From Candidatus Latescibacterota bacterium (GTDB taxonomy: Bacteria; Latescibacterota; UBA2968), in the NCBI GenBank assembly GCA_965204745.1, contig OZ242010.1:1152001-1216000 (forward strand): DNA of 64,000 nucleotides. The letters are read 5' to 3'. The notes beneath the pieces were generated by a model that saw nothing but the letters and a program-made list of their open reading frames with translations, was not told the origin of the DNA and did not search any database. The translations under genes and the position numbers were made by a program. Below are positions 11,747-21,343 of the stretch, one piece after another (position 1 is the stretch's first letter; each line of letters begins with the position of its first letter).

Positions 11747-13666
11747 ATGTTTGGAGCAAAATTCCGAAGAAGATTTGCCATTTTTACAACTTTAGTTGGC
11801 GTTTTGAGCGTGTATCTCGTGCTCGATTCCCAGTTGGTGACCGGCGAAGATGCGTATGCACAATTGGGCCGGGGGTTTGATGAGATCAAAGAAGCGTACG
11901 GCCTGCTCTACAACGAGTATGTCAATGAGCTTAAGCCAGAGGATTTGAGCAAGGCGGCCATTTCCGGCATGTTGTGGGATTTGGATCCCTATACCACTTT
12001 GTTCGACCGCAGAGATCTCGATCAGCTTCGGATTGATACGCAGGGCAAGTTTGGCGGGCTGGGCATTACCATCAGCAAGCGCGGAAAGGACAATGGCCCC
12101 CCGGTCGTGATGAGTGTGATTGAAGGCACGCCCGCGGATACTTCGGGTCTGGTTGTGGGAGACCGAATCATCGGCATTGATGGAGATCCCACGTTTGACA
12201 AGAAACTGACCGAAATCGTCGGTGTTTTGCGAGGGGATGAAGGTGCGGGTGTAACCATTCAAATTGAACGGCCGGGCATGGCAGAACCATTTGACCAACC
12301 GATTATCCGGGCGCGCATCGACATACCCAGCGTGCAAATCCCGGGCGAAGTCGATCCGGATATCGGTTATATCTCCCTGTCGTGGCTCAACCAGTCCAGA
12401 TTTACCGAACGCACAGAGAGCGAGTTGGCGCGGGCATTGGTCGCCTTGCTCGATGACGGGGCCACGGGGATCGTCGTCGATTTGCGCGGCAATCCGGGTG
12501 GGTTGCTCAAATCAGCCGTCGATGTGGTCGATAAGTTTTTGCCGCCCGATCTGCTGGTCGTGTCAACCAAAGGTCGGCAGTCGGATCAAAATCGCAGTCA
12601 CAAAACCCGGCGAGAGCCCGTGTTGCCCGCGGATATACCATTGGTGATTTTGGTGGATGAGCGCAGTGCAAGTGCCTCGGAGATCGTCGCGGGCGCGATT
12701 CAGGATTGGGACAGGGGGTTGATCGTAGGCGCGCAAACATTTGGAAAGGGGTCAGTCCAAACCGTGCGCCAACTGGGTCAGCAGGCCCAGAAGGCGTTGA
12801 AGTTGACGACAGCGGCTTATTACACGCCGAGCGGGCGCAGTATTCACAATGCGGAAAAACGCCGGTATCGCGGCGGTCCCATCGAACTTACTGTGGGCGA
12901 TTCCATACGGGTTTCGGCTTATGAATTGTTGAGCATTATCGGTCAGGCCGACCGGCGCGAAGATGCGGTTACGGAGCTCATCAACCGATTTGATCTGGAT
13001 GCGGATTTGACCGATGAAGTGCTCGAGATGCGGTTGGAACGATTGCTGGGGTTGGCTTCCAAAGAACACGATGGGCCTGGAGATGCGGATACCTCAAAGG
13101 TCTTTACGACGCTCCTGAACAAGCGCAAGGTTTATGGCGGCGGCGGGATTAAGCCCGATGTGGTGGTCGAGCAAGAGCGCAAGCCACGACTGGTGGTGGA
13201 GGTGTTACGCAAGGGGTTGGTGTTTGATTTTGCGGTCGATTTTGCAACGATGCAATCATTCCCCAACCGGTTTGAAGACTACGCATTGCCCAAAGATATC
13301 GTCGATCAATTCTGGACGTTTGTAGCAGATTCGGCTAATGCCAATGGCTTTGCGTACAAAACAAGCACGGAGATTCAGGTGCAAGAACTCAAACAATCCC
13401 TCAAAGAGAAAGATGTGTTGACAGACGACGATACCGCGGCCCTCGGTCAGTTGTCGCAGGTTGCAGAGCGCGAGCGCGTCGCCGATTACAACAAGGCCGA
13501 GCCGTATATCCGGCTGGAGATCGAACGGGCATTGGCAAATCGGGTGTGGGGTACCAAGGGCAAAATTTTGGCGGCTCTGAAGGGGGACAAGCAGTTTCAG
13601 GAGGCCGTGCGTCTGTTAAAGGATCGGGCGGTCTATGATCGCAAATTGGCGTTGGTGGAAGAGTGA
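11747..13666 (+). CDS. S41A carboxyl-terminal processing protease (CtpA/Prc type) with an internal insertion
   Basis: N-terminal TM/signal, LDPYT, GGLGI PDZ domain, DLRGNPGG, SASASEIVAG catalytic Ser, TFGKGSVQ catalytic Lys, YYTPSGRSI, GGGIKPD. Confidence 0.95.
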   Translation: MFGAKFRRRFAIFTTLVGVLSVYLVLDSQLVTGEDAYAQLGRGFDEIKEAYGLLYNEYVNELKPEDLSKAAISGMLWDLDPYTTLFDRRDLDQLRIDTQGKFGGLGITISKRGKDNGPPVVMSVIEGTPADTSGLVVGDRIIGIDGDPTFDKKLTEIVGVLRGDEGAGVTIQIERPGMAEPFDQPIIRARIDIPSVQIPGEVDPDIGYISLSWLNQSRFTERTESELARALVALLDDGATGIVVDLRGNPGGLLKSAVDVVDKFLPPDLLVVSTKGRQSDQNRSHKTRREPVLPADIPLVILVDERSASASEIVAGAIQDWDRGLIVGAQTFGKGSVQTVRQLGQQAQKALKLTTAAYYTPSGRSIHNAEKRRYRGGPIELTVGDSIRVSAYELLSIIGQADRREDAVTELINRFDLDADLTDEVLEMRLERLLGLASKEHDGPGDADTSKVFTTLLNKRKVYGGGGIKPDVVVEQERKPRLVVEVLRKGLVFDFAVDFATMQSFPNRFEDYALPKDIVDQFWTFVADSANANGFAYKTSTEIQVQELKQSLKEKDVLTDDDTAALGQLSQVAERERVADYNKAEPYIRLEIERALANRVWGTKGKILAALKGDKQFQEAVRLLKDRAVYDRKLALVEE

Positions 13667-13850
13667 CACAAAATGGTTGATTGTTGTACTTTGCTGTTTC
13701 ATCCCAGGCTGTGGCCCGGTGGGATGTGTGATCCCAGCATTGGGTTGGGGAGCAGGAACAAGTATTACCAAAGCCATTATTGGCGCACTTATTACGCTAG
13801 CGGGTGTCTTCGAATTGGGACGCTGGACAAAAAAGTAAGGGAAATTTTTG

Positions 13851-15143
13851 ATGCCTTCTCCTAATATCATCTTTATTCTGTGTGACGATATCGGCTATGG
13901 CGATCTGGGGTGTTATGGGCAACAGGTTATCCCCACGCCCCGATTGGATCAACTCGCATCCGAGTCGATGCGGTTCACGCAGTGTTATACCGGGTCTTCA
14001 ATTTGCGCGCCTTCTCGGTCCGTGTTGATGACGGGGTTGCACAGTGGGCACACGAGGGTGCGCGACAATTTTGGCATTGTGGGCGGGGTGGGCGATCAGA
14101 AACGGGTGCCGCTCGAGCCGGAAGATTTTACGGTTGCGGAGATGCTCAAGGAGGTGGGCTATGCCACGGGCATAACCGGCAAATGGGGGTTGGGTGAACC
14201 CGATACAACGGGTATTCCCACGCGCAAGGGGTTTGATGAATGGTTTGGCTATCTCAACCAGCGCAACGCGCATACGTACTATCCGCCTTATTTGTGGCAC
14301 AATGAGGAGAAGGTCGTGCTCGAAGGCAATCGGGATGGGCGGCAGGGCGATTATTCCCACGATATGATTTTTGACTTTGCCTGCGACTTTATTCGCAAAA
14401 ACAGCGATGGGCCGTTCTTTTTGTATTTGCCGTGGACATTGCCGCATGGTCGATACGAGATTCCCGACGCCAGTGCATGGGATGAGAAGCCTTGGACGGA
14501 TGACGAGAAAGTCTATGCGGCGATGATTACAAAAATTGATACGCAGGTCGGGCAAATTGTCGATTTGTTGCGCGAATTGGCGATTGCGGATCAGACGCTT
14601 TTGTTTTTTGGCTCGGACCACGGTGCGGCCCGCCGATGGGCGGCGTTTGATAGTTGTGGTGATTTGCGCGGGCAAAAGGGGACGATGTACGAGGGCGGGT
14701 TGCGTACTCCGATGATCGCGCATTGGCCCGGTCGCATTCCCGCAGGCACGGTGAGCGATGCGGTGTGGTATTACGCGGATTTTTTGCCTACGGTTGCAGA
14801 GGTGGTCGGCGTGGATGCGCCGGATGATGTGGATGGGGTGAGCATTCTGCCGGTGCTTTTGGGTGAATCGCGGGATGTCGGCGAACGCTTTTTGTACTGG
14901 GAGCGTTTTGGCGGGGGCTTCAAACAAGCCGTGCGCTGGAAGAATTGGAAGGCGGTACGCAATTCGTCGCCCAAGTTGCTCGACGAACCGCTCGAGTTAT
15001 ACGATTTGGACAACGATATAGGCGAGGAAAACGATGTCGCCAAGGCATACCCAGATGTGATCGCCGAGATTGAACACTTTATGAAAGATGCACGCACGGA
15101 TTCCCATAACTGGCCTATCGGCGTGAAGGGATCTCATGCGTGA
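13851..15143 (+). CDS. Arylsulfatase (Cys-type, formylglycine-dependent)
   Basis: PNIIFILCDDIGYGD, CAPSR, GKWGLG, SDHG. Confidence 0.93.
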   Translation: MPSPNIIFILCDDIGYGDLGCYGQQVIPTPRLDQLASESMRFTQCYTGSSICAPSRSVLMTGLHSGHTRVRDNFGIVGGVGDQKRVPLEPEDFTVAEMLKEVGYATGITGKWGLGEPDTTGIPTRKGFDEWFGYLNQRNAHTYYPPYLWHNEEKVVLEGNRDGRQGDYSHDMIFDFACDFIRKNSDGPFFLYLPWTLPHGRYEIPDASAWDEKPWTDDEKVYAAMITKIDTQVGQIVDLLRELAIADQTLLFFGSDHGAARRWAAFDSCGDLRGQKGTMYEGGLRTPMIAHWPGRIPAGTVSDAVWYYADFLPTVAEVVGVDAPDDVDGVSILPVLLGESRDVGERFLYWERFGGGFKQAVRWKNWKAVRNSSPKLLDEPLELYDLDNDIGEENDVAKAYPDVIAEIEHFMKDARTDSHNWPIGVKGSHA

Positions 15144-15196
15144 TTTCTTTCATCTTTATGCACTGAAAGGGCGAGTCGAAAAGGCTCGCCCTTTTT

Positions 15197-16429
15197 TTAT
15201 AGTAAAATGCCAGCGACGCAAGCGGTCATCATCATGGCGAGGGTGCCGCCGATCATGGCGCGCATGCCGAGGAGGGCCAATTCCGCACGGCGTTCTGGGG
15301 CAATGCCGCCGATGCCGCCGATTTGAATGCCCACGCTGCCGAAGTTGGCAAAGCCGCACAGGGCGTAGGTCAATATCAAGGTGCTGCGCTCGGTCAAGAC
15401 CACCCCGGAATCGGGTTGCGCCCATGCCATCATTTGCGCGTACGCGATAAATTCGTTGAGCACCATTTTTTTTCCAAGCAATTCGCCGGCATACAGGCAA
15501 TCGGCCCAGGGGATGCCGAGTAGATAGGCAAATGGCGCGAAGACATAGCCGAAAATTGCGGACAAAGACCAGGTCCAGTTGTAGCCAAGAAGCGCGCCGA
15601 TCCACTCGCCAATCAGGCCCAGGGTGGCGTCAATCAGCGCGACGAGGCCGAGAAAGGCGATGAGCATCGCGACGACATTTAAGGTCAATTTCATGCCGTC
15701 TAAGGCCCCGCCCGTTGCAGCATCTACGATGTTGCTGTGTTTTTCCTCAACCGCCAATTCCACCTGTCCCAGGGTCATGGATTGCTCGGTTTCGGGTATC
15801 ATCAGTTTGGAAATCAGTAATGCCGCGGGGGCAGAGATGACCGATGCAGATAGCAGATGCCCCGCGTCAATGCCCATGCTGGCATAGGCGGCTAGGACCC
15901 CGCCGGCAATGGTCGCAAAGCCCCCGACCATCAAGGCCATGAGTTCCGATTTTGTCATGTTGCTGATGTACGGGCGCACCATCAGCGGGGCTTCGGTTTG
16001 GCCGACAAAGATATTGGCTACTGCGGAGAGGGTTTCGGATCCCGACGTTCCCAATGTGCGTTGCATGACCCAGGCAAATGCTTCGACGACTTTTTGAACG
16101 ATGCCCAGGTAGTAGAGAATGGACATCAAGGACGAGAAAAAGATGATGGTGGGCAAGACTTTGAACGCGAAGAAATGGTGGACGTATTCTTCGCCGAAAA
16201 CCAGACTCGTGCCCGCATCGACAAATCCCAAAATAGCAGTGAAAAAGTCGCCGATGCTTTGAAATATCGCCGTGCCAATAGAGGTTTTCAAAATGAATAC
16301 CGCGAGGATGAATTGCAACAACAGGCCGCCCCAGACCACGCGGAAGCGCACCTGTTTTTTGTGCTGGCTCATCGCCCATGCCAACCCCATCATGACCACC
16401 AGCCCCACCAGACTGATTGCGCGCTCCAT
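15197..16429 (-). CDS. NupC/CNT concentrative nucleoside transporter
   Basis: FAFKVLPTIIFFSS, NIFVGQTEAP, GFATIAGGV, NEFIAY, YALCGFANF. Confidence 0.95.
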   Translation of the reverse strand: MERAISLVGLVVMMGLAWAMSQHKKQVRFRVVWGGLLLQFILAVFILKTSIGTAIFQSIGDFFTAILGFVDAGTSLVFGEEYVHHFFAFKVLPTIIFFSSLMSILYYLGIVQKVVEAFAWVMQRTLGTSGSETLSAVANIFVGQTEAPLMVRPYISNMTKSELMALMVGGFATIAGGVLAAYASMGIDAGHLLSASVISAPAALLISKLMIPETEQSMTLGQVELAVEEKHSNIVDAATGGALDGMKLTLNVVAMLIAFLGLVALIDATLGLIGEWIGALLGYNWTWSLSAIFGYVFAPFAYLLGIPWADCLYAGELLGKKMVLNEFIAYAQMMAWAQPDSGVVLTERSTLILTYALCGFANFGSVGIQIGGIGGIAPERRAELALLGMRAMIGGTLAMMMTACVAGILL

Positions 16430-16541
16430 AGATCCTCCCTTAACGGTTGCGAATAGTTGTCAATGCTCGTAGATTGGTTCAAATCATCGCGGCAGAATAT
16501 ACAATAATAACCCTTTGGGAACACAAAAGTTTGGACATAAC

Positions 16542-17201
16542 ATGAAACCCGTGTATCTCACGTTTGATTGTTATGGCACGCTTATCGACTGGAAATCCGG
16601 CGTTTTAAGCGCGCTTCGGGATTATCCGACTGTCGATCCGGATGAGTTTTTTGAGACGTGGTGGCAGGTGGATCGACGGCTGACATGCGATACGGCCTAT
16701 CGGCGGTATCGAGAGGTTCTCGCGCTGGATTTTGCGGAGGCGTTTCAATCCGTTGGCATTGCAATTACCCGCAAAAAAGCCGAATGTCTGGCGGATGGGT
16801 TGGGCGATTGGTCGCCTTTTCCGGATGCACCGGCCGCGCTTGCGGCGTTTAGGCGATTGGGTTTTAAGTTGGGGATTTTGTCGAATATCGACAATGAGTT
16901 GCTCGACCGAAGCGTCGAGCAACTCGGCGTGGATATCGAGGTGCGTATCACGGCGGAAAATATCCGCGCCTACAAACCCGAGACGCGCCACTTTGAAGCC
17001 CTTTTGGAAAGGACGGGACTTCAACCCGCGCAGGTGCTACACATTGCGGCGTCGCGTTTTGTGGATATCGCGCCTGCATCGAGACTCGGGTTTCGCACGA
17101 TGTACGTGCAACGGGCCGAACCGGATGCCGATCACGAGGTCACGCCTGAGTTTACCGTTGAGACGCTGACAGATGCGATTCCAATTCTCGAAAATCTGTG
17201 A
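16542..17201 (+). CDS. HAD-superfamily hydrolase (2-haloacid dehalogenase-like)
   Basis: TFDCYGTLIDW, ILSNID, YKP, HIAASRFVDI. Confidence 0.9.
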   Translation: MKPVYLTFDCYGTLIDWKSGVLSALRDYPTVDPDEFFETWWQVDRRLTCDTAYRRYREVLALDFAEAFQSVGIAITRKKAECLADGLGDWSPFPDAPAALAAFRRLGFKLGILSNIDNELLDRSVEQLGVDIEVRITAENIRAYKPETRHFEALLERTGLQPAQVLHIAASRFVDIAPASRLGFRTMYVQRAEPDADHEVTPEFTVETLTDAIPILENL

Positions 17202-17223
17202 ACTTTTGCGAAAGGATGGTGCG

Positions 17224-18096
17224 ATGGGTATTGAAGTCATTCGAGACGAGATGGCCGAATTGGTCGATCCCTCGGCAGAACCCGAATTGGTCGCAGATGG
17301 GTTTCGGTTTACCGAGGGGCCTGTCTGGGATCCTGCGCGAGGGTGTTTGTTTTTTTCCGACATTCCGGCGAATACCATTTTTAGGTGGTCGCCGGAGGCG
17401 GGGGTGGTCGCATATCGCCAGCCGAGTTATCATTCCAATGGGTTGGCGTTGGATGGACAAGGGCGACTGCTTTCGTGCGAACACTCTGGGCGGCGGGTGA
17501 GCATCGAGGTGGATGGCGCGTTGCAGACCTTGGTGGATTCTCATCAGGAGAAAAAGCTCAATTCGCCCAACGATCTCATCGTTTGCCAAAATGGGGATGT
17601 CATTTTTACGGATCCCCCTTATGGTTTGTCGAACAGGCATGGCGTGGCCGCGGAACAGGAGTTGGATTTTTTTGGGGTGTTTCGTCTGCCTGCGGGCGAG
17701 TCAGAACCCATTTTGTTGATCGACGATTTTGAACGCCCCAATGGTTTGGCTCTCACGCCGGATGGGAAGACGCTGTATGTCGATGATACTGCGCGGGGGC
17801 ATATTCGCGCTTTTGAGGTGCGGGCGGATGGTTCTCTGGCACATGGCGCGGTGTTTGCCGAACTGAAAGGCGATGGGGAAGGCGCGCCCGATGGGATGGC
17901 ATTGGATAGCCATGGCAATATTTATTGCACGGGTCCGGGTGCTGTGTGGGTGTTTAACCCTCGGGGCGATCTGCTCGGGAAAATCCAACTGCCTCTTGCC
18001 GCGGCGAATTTGAATTGGGGGGGTGAAGATCGAAAGACGTTGTTTTTTACCGCGCGAACCGATGTTTATCGCGTGCAGTGCAAAGTGGGAGGCTAA
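17224..18096 (+). CDS. SMP-30/gluconolactonase/LRE family protein
   Basis: FTEGPVW, SNGL, NSPND, FTDPPYG, PNGL, PDGM. Confidence 0.93.
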   Translation: MGIEVIRDEMAELVDPSAEPELVADGFRFTEGPVWDPARGCLFFSDIPANTIFRWSPEAGVVAYRQPSYHSNGLALDGQGRLLSCEHSGRRVSIEVDGALQTLVDSHQEKKLNSPNDLIVCQNGDVIFTDPPYGLSNRHGVAAEQELDFFGVFRLPAGESEPILLIDDFERPNGLALTPDGKTLYVDDTARGHIRAFEVRADGSLAHGAVFAELKGDGEGAPDGMALDSHGNIYCTGPGAVWVFNPRGDLLGKIQLPLAAANLNWGGEDRKTLFFTARTDVYRVQCKVGG

Positions 18097-19242
18097 ATGA
18101 AGATCGTGGCAATCAAGACGTTTATGGCGAGCATGGGACGGCGATCTCGTGCGCTGGTCAAGGTCGAGACCGACGAGGGTGTTTATGGCTGGGGCGAGTG
18201 TTATAGCCCCGGTCCTGATTTGGCTATCGGCCCGACGATGGATTATATTTTTGAACTGGTTAAAGGCGAGGACCCGCGGCGGATCGAGTTTATCATGCTC
18301 AAGCTGTTTCAGCAGTTTCGGTTTCCGCCCGGGGCGGTTGGTCTTTCGGCGATGTCGGGATTGGACCACGCGCTGTGGGATATCAGTGGCAAAGCCGCGG
18401 GCTTGCCGGTTTATATGTTGCTCGGCGGGGCTGTGCGCGACCGCGTTCAGGTTTATCGGAGCATCGGCGGCAAAGATGGCGCAGAAGCCGCGGATGTTGC
18501 GTGCGAGTTGAATGAGGATCACGGCATTACGGCGTTTAAGACGTCGCCGTTCCGCTTGGATCCCAGTGCGAGTCGATGGGGCCGCGTGTGTGCGACTGCG
18601 GCGGATTATTTCGAGGCGTTGCGAAAGCATTCGGACGACAACTGGGAATTTGCGTTTGATCCGCACGCCAAAATTTTTGAACCCATTCGCGCCTTGCAAC
18701 TGGCAAATGCGCTGGCCCCTTACGATCCGCTTTTTTACGAAGAACCCCTCCGCCCCGAGAACAGCGATGCGTGGGCGCGCTTGCGTTCCCAAATGCGGGT
18801 TCCGCTGGCGACGGGTGAATCCCTGTACACGAAGTTTGAATTTTTGGATTTGCTGTCGAAGCACGGGGCGGATATCATCCAGCCAGATGTTTGTATCTGC
18901 GGGGGATTGTTGGAGATGCGAAAGATCGCTGCGATAGCACAAGCCCATTACGTGACGGTGGCGCCGCACAACCCGATGGGCCCGTTGGCGACAGCGGTCA
19001 ATGTTCATTTTGCCGCCGCGACCCCCAATTTCAAAATTTTGGAATATCACCTGCCCGATGAAACCAATGCCCTGAATTGGTTGGATGAACCCTATTGGCC
19101 GGTGGATGGGTATTTGGCGTTGCGCCCAGATCGTCCCGGCCTGGGCGTGGAGGTGAATGAAGACGTCATCAAAGCCGGAGCGTACGTCCACTGGGAACGG
19201 GGAAGTACCAAAGCCCCGGATGGTTCGACAAATTACATCTGA
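18097..19242 (+). CDS. Mandelate racemase/muconate lactonizing family enolase (galactonate dehydratase-like)
   Basis: ETDEGVYGWGE, DHALWDISGK, DPH, EEP, ATGE, QPD, APHNP. Confidence 0.92.
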   Translation: MKIVAIKTFMASMGRRSRALVKVETDEGVYGWGECYSPGPDLAIGPTMDYIFELVKGEDPRRIEFIMLKLFQQFRFPPGAVGLSAMSGLDHALWDISGKAAGLPVYMLLGGAVRDRVQVYRSIGGKDGAEAADVACELNEDHGITAFKTSPFRLDPSASRWGRVCATAADYFEALRKHSDDNWEFAFDPHAKIFEPIRALQLANALAPYDPLFYEEPLRPENSDAWARLRSQMRVPLATGESLYTKFEFLDLLSKHGADIIQPDVCICGGLLEMRKIAAIAQAHYVTVAPHNPMGPLATAVNVHFAAATPNFKILEYHLPDETNALNWLDEPYWPVDGYLALRPDRPGLGVEVNEDVIKAGAYVHWERGSTKAPDGSTNYI

Positions 19243-19301
19243 GGCACTGGGGCGGCTTTGCGGCGGAATGCGGGACTCGTCACTTTTGACAGGAGGGGAT
19301 T

Positions 19302-20087
19302 ATGACACCCGAGGAGAAATTTCTGTTCGATCTCGAAGGTTATTTGATCGTCAAAAATGTGTTGACGAAGGAGGAAGTGGATCGGTTGAACGCTGTGTCG
19401 GATGAAAAATTTGTGCGCGATTACAGCGATCCGAGCCAAGACTTGAGGGGGCGAAAAGGCCGCCGGCAAACGGGTCGCGTTTCCGCATGGTCGCCCGAAA
19501 CGCAAGCGTTGATCAATCACCCGCGCATTGTGCCCTATCTGATTGAATTGCTCGGCCCGGCATTTCGCCTCGATCACGACTATTGCATTTTTATGGTGCC
19601 AGGTGCGGCATGTGGCAATTTGCACGGCGCGCCGGGTGGGCACAGAGGTAGCCAGCGCAAGTATCTGTTTTTGGAAGGTGAGATGCTGAATGGGTTGAGT
19701 GTGGTGACATTTTTTTTGGCCGATGCCAAGGCGGGAGATGGCGGCTTTGCGTGCATTCCCGGCAGTCACAAAACGAATTTTGGGCAATGCGTTCCGCCCG
19801 AGGTGCGCCGGTTTGAGCGCGTGCCCGATTATATGGTGCAACCCGAAGTCGAGGCGGGGGACGCGCTGATTTTTACGGAAGCGCTGATGCACGGCACGAT
19901 GCCGTGGAAAGCGCGCCATGAACGGCGGGCATTTTTGTATAAGTACGCACCGGGCAATCTGGCATTTTCCAATCATTTTTACAATGCTGAGGATTATACC
20001 GATCCGTCAGATCAACTGCAGCGCATTCTCACGCCGCCATCGGCGGGGAGACGCCCGCCCGTTGTGCAATGTGCATCCGAGGAATGA
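19302..20087 (+). CDS. Phytanoyl-CoA dioxygenase (PhyH) family protein
   Basis: FDLEGYL, LDHDY, LHG, GGFACIPGSHK, AGDALIFTEALMHG. Confidence 0.88.
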   Translation: MTPEEKFLFDLEGYLIVKNVLTKEEVDRLNAVSDEKFVRDYSDPSQDLRGRKGRRQTGRVSAWSPETQALINHPRIVPYLIELLGPAFRLDHDYCIFMVPGAACGNLHGAPGGHRGSQRKYLFLEGEMLNGLSVVTFFLADAKAGDGGFACIPGSHKTNFGQCVPPEVRRFERVPDYMVQPEVEAGDALIFTEALMHGTMPWKARHERRAFLYKYAPGNLAFSNHFYNAEDYTDPSDQLQRILTPPSAGRRPPVVQCASEE

Positions 20088-20091
20088 GAAA

Positions 20092-20119
20092 AGGGTCACG
20101 GTATCGCACCGTGACCCTT
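20092..20119. repeat. REP-like perfect hairpin
   Basis: AGGGTCACGGT-ATCGC-ACCGTGACCCT immediately after the PhyH stop codon. Confidence 0.65.
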
Positions 20120-20196
20120 GCAGACTTTTGCATCGGTGAGAGTGGCATCTGGTTTTATTTGCCGATGTGGGAAAGAAGGGCTTTGTACTCCGGAGG

Positions 20197-20230
20197 GAAG
20201 ACCGCCCAACAAAGCGGTTTTCCTTTTTTT
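20197..20230 (+). terminator. Intrinsic terminator candidate
   Basis: GGAAGACCGC-CCAACAAA-GCGGTTTTCC followed by a T tract. Confidence 0.6.
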
Positions 20231-20320
20231 GTACATATCGTATAATTGGGCGGTACCGGTCAACTGACACGGCTTTTTGAACAAGGTCGCCATGGACCTC
20301 ATAGCTATTGGGAGGAAGGT

Positions 20321-21343
20321 ATGAACCGCCCCAAAACAAAATTGCAGGGCATTCAGGATTCGACGAATACAAGCACCCTTGGTAGCAATATTCCCGGACA
20401 TGCGTTGAAAACGGTTTCTCTTTTTACCGGATGCGGGGGTTCCGATAAAGGGCTGATTGACGCAGGTTGCGAGATTCTGATGGCAAACGATATTCTGGCC
20501 TATGCCAAAGAGGTCTATGAGGCCAATCTCCCCGAGACCGATTTCAAAACCGATAGCATTGAACAAATCAAAGCCTTTCCGTCAGCAGATGTTTTGGCGG
20601 GATGCTATCCTTGCCAAGGCTATTGTCAAGGCGGAGCACGCGATGCCGGGCGCAAAGTCAATAGACTTTACCGCGAATTTGATCGCGCTCTGCGAAAGAT
20701 CCGTCCCAAAGTCTTTATTGTAGAAAACGTACCTGGCATGGCGAGAAGTAACAATCGACATTTTTTGAAAGCACAACTCGTCCGTTTCCGTTTCGCTGGA
20801 TACCGCGTCAACTGGGACTTCATCAATGCCGCACAGTACGGTCTCGCACAAGAAAGACAACGGATTTTTATCGTGGGCATTCGCTCAGATTTCGGCATAA
20901 AATACGAGTTTCCAAAACCCACACACGGACCGGGATTGCAACCGGTGAAAACACAGCGAGATTTCTTAGGAGACTTAATGGAAGAATGGCCTGAAGGCGA
21001 ATTTTGCGATCAGGATTTTCATTGGTACTATCTTTCCCGTGACCGCTACCGCGGATGGGATGAACCAAGCAAAACAATACTCGCAAACGCACGCCACATG
21101 CCGTTGCACCCCATGAGTCCGCCGCTCAAAAAAATAGGAAAAGATAAATGGGTTTTCCAAGGAGACCCCCAAAAAGCCCGCAGGCTTTCGTACAAAGAAG
21201 CAGCGGCTCTTCAAGACCTCGTCGACTGGACGTTTCCAGATACGACGGGATTGATGAATAAATACAAGGTCATTGGCAATGCCGTGCCGCCGATGATCTT
21301 TCGACAAATTTTTGAAGCCCTACCGGGAGAGGTGTTCTCATGA
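20321..21343 (+). CDS. DNA (cytosine-5)-methyltransferase
   Basis: SLFTGCGG motif I, YPCQ motif IV, ENV motif VI, QERQRIF motif VIII, IGNAVPP motif X. Confidence 0.95.
   Translation: MNRPKTKLQGIQDSTNTSTLGSNIPGHALKTVSLFTGCGGSDKGLIDAGCEILMANDILAYAKEVYEANLPETDFKTDSIEQIKAFPSADVLAGCYPCQGYCQGGARDAGRKVNRLYREFDRALRKIRPKVFIVENVPGMARSNNRHFLKAQLVRFRFAGYRVNWDFINAAQYGLAQERQRIFIVGIRSDFGIKYEFPKPTHGPGLQPVKTQRDFLGDLMEEWPEGEFCDQDFHWYYLSRDRYRGWDEPSKTILANARHMPLHPMSPPLKKIGKDKWVFQGDPQKARRLSYKEAAALQDLVDWTFPDTTGLMNKYKVIGNAVPPMIFRQIFEALPGEVFS

Noticed and set aside
13635-13864. Small membrane or lipoprotein ORF between the S41 protease and the sulfatase
   Set aside because: The hydrophobic frame (KWLIVVLCCFIPGC...) is plausible but lacks a clean start or RBS; the alternative frame has no motif, so I could not choose.
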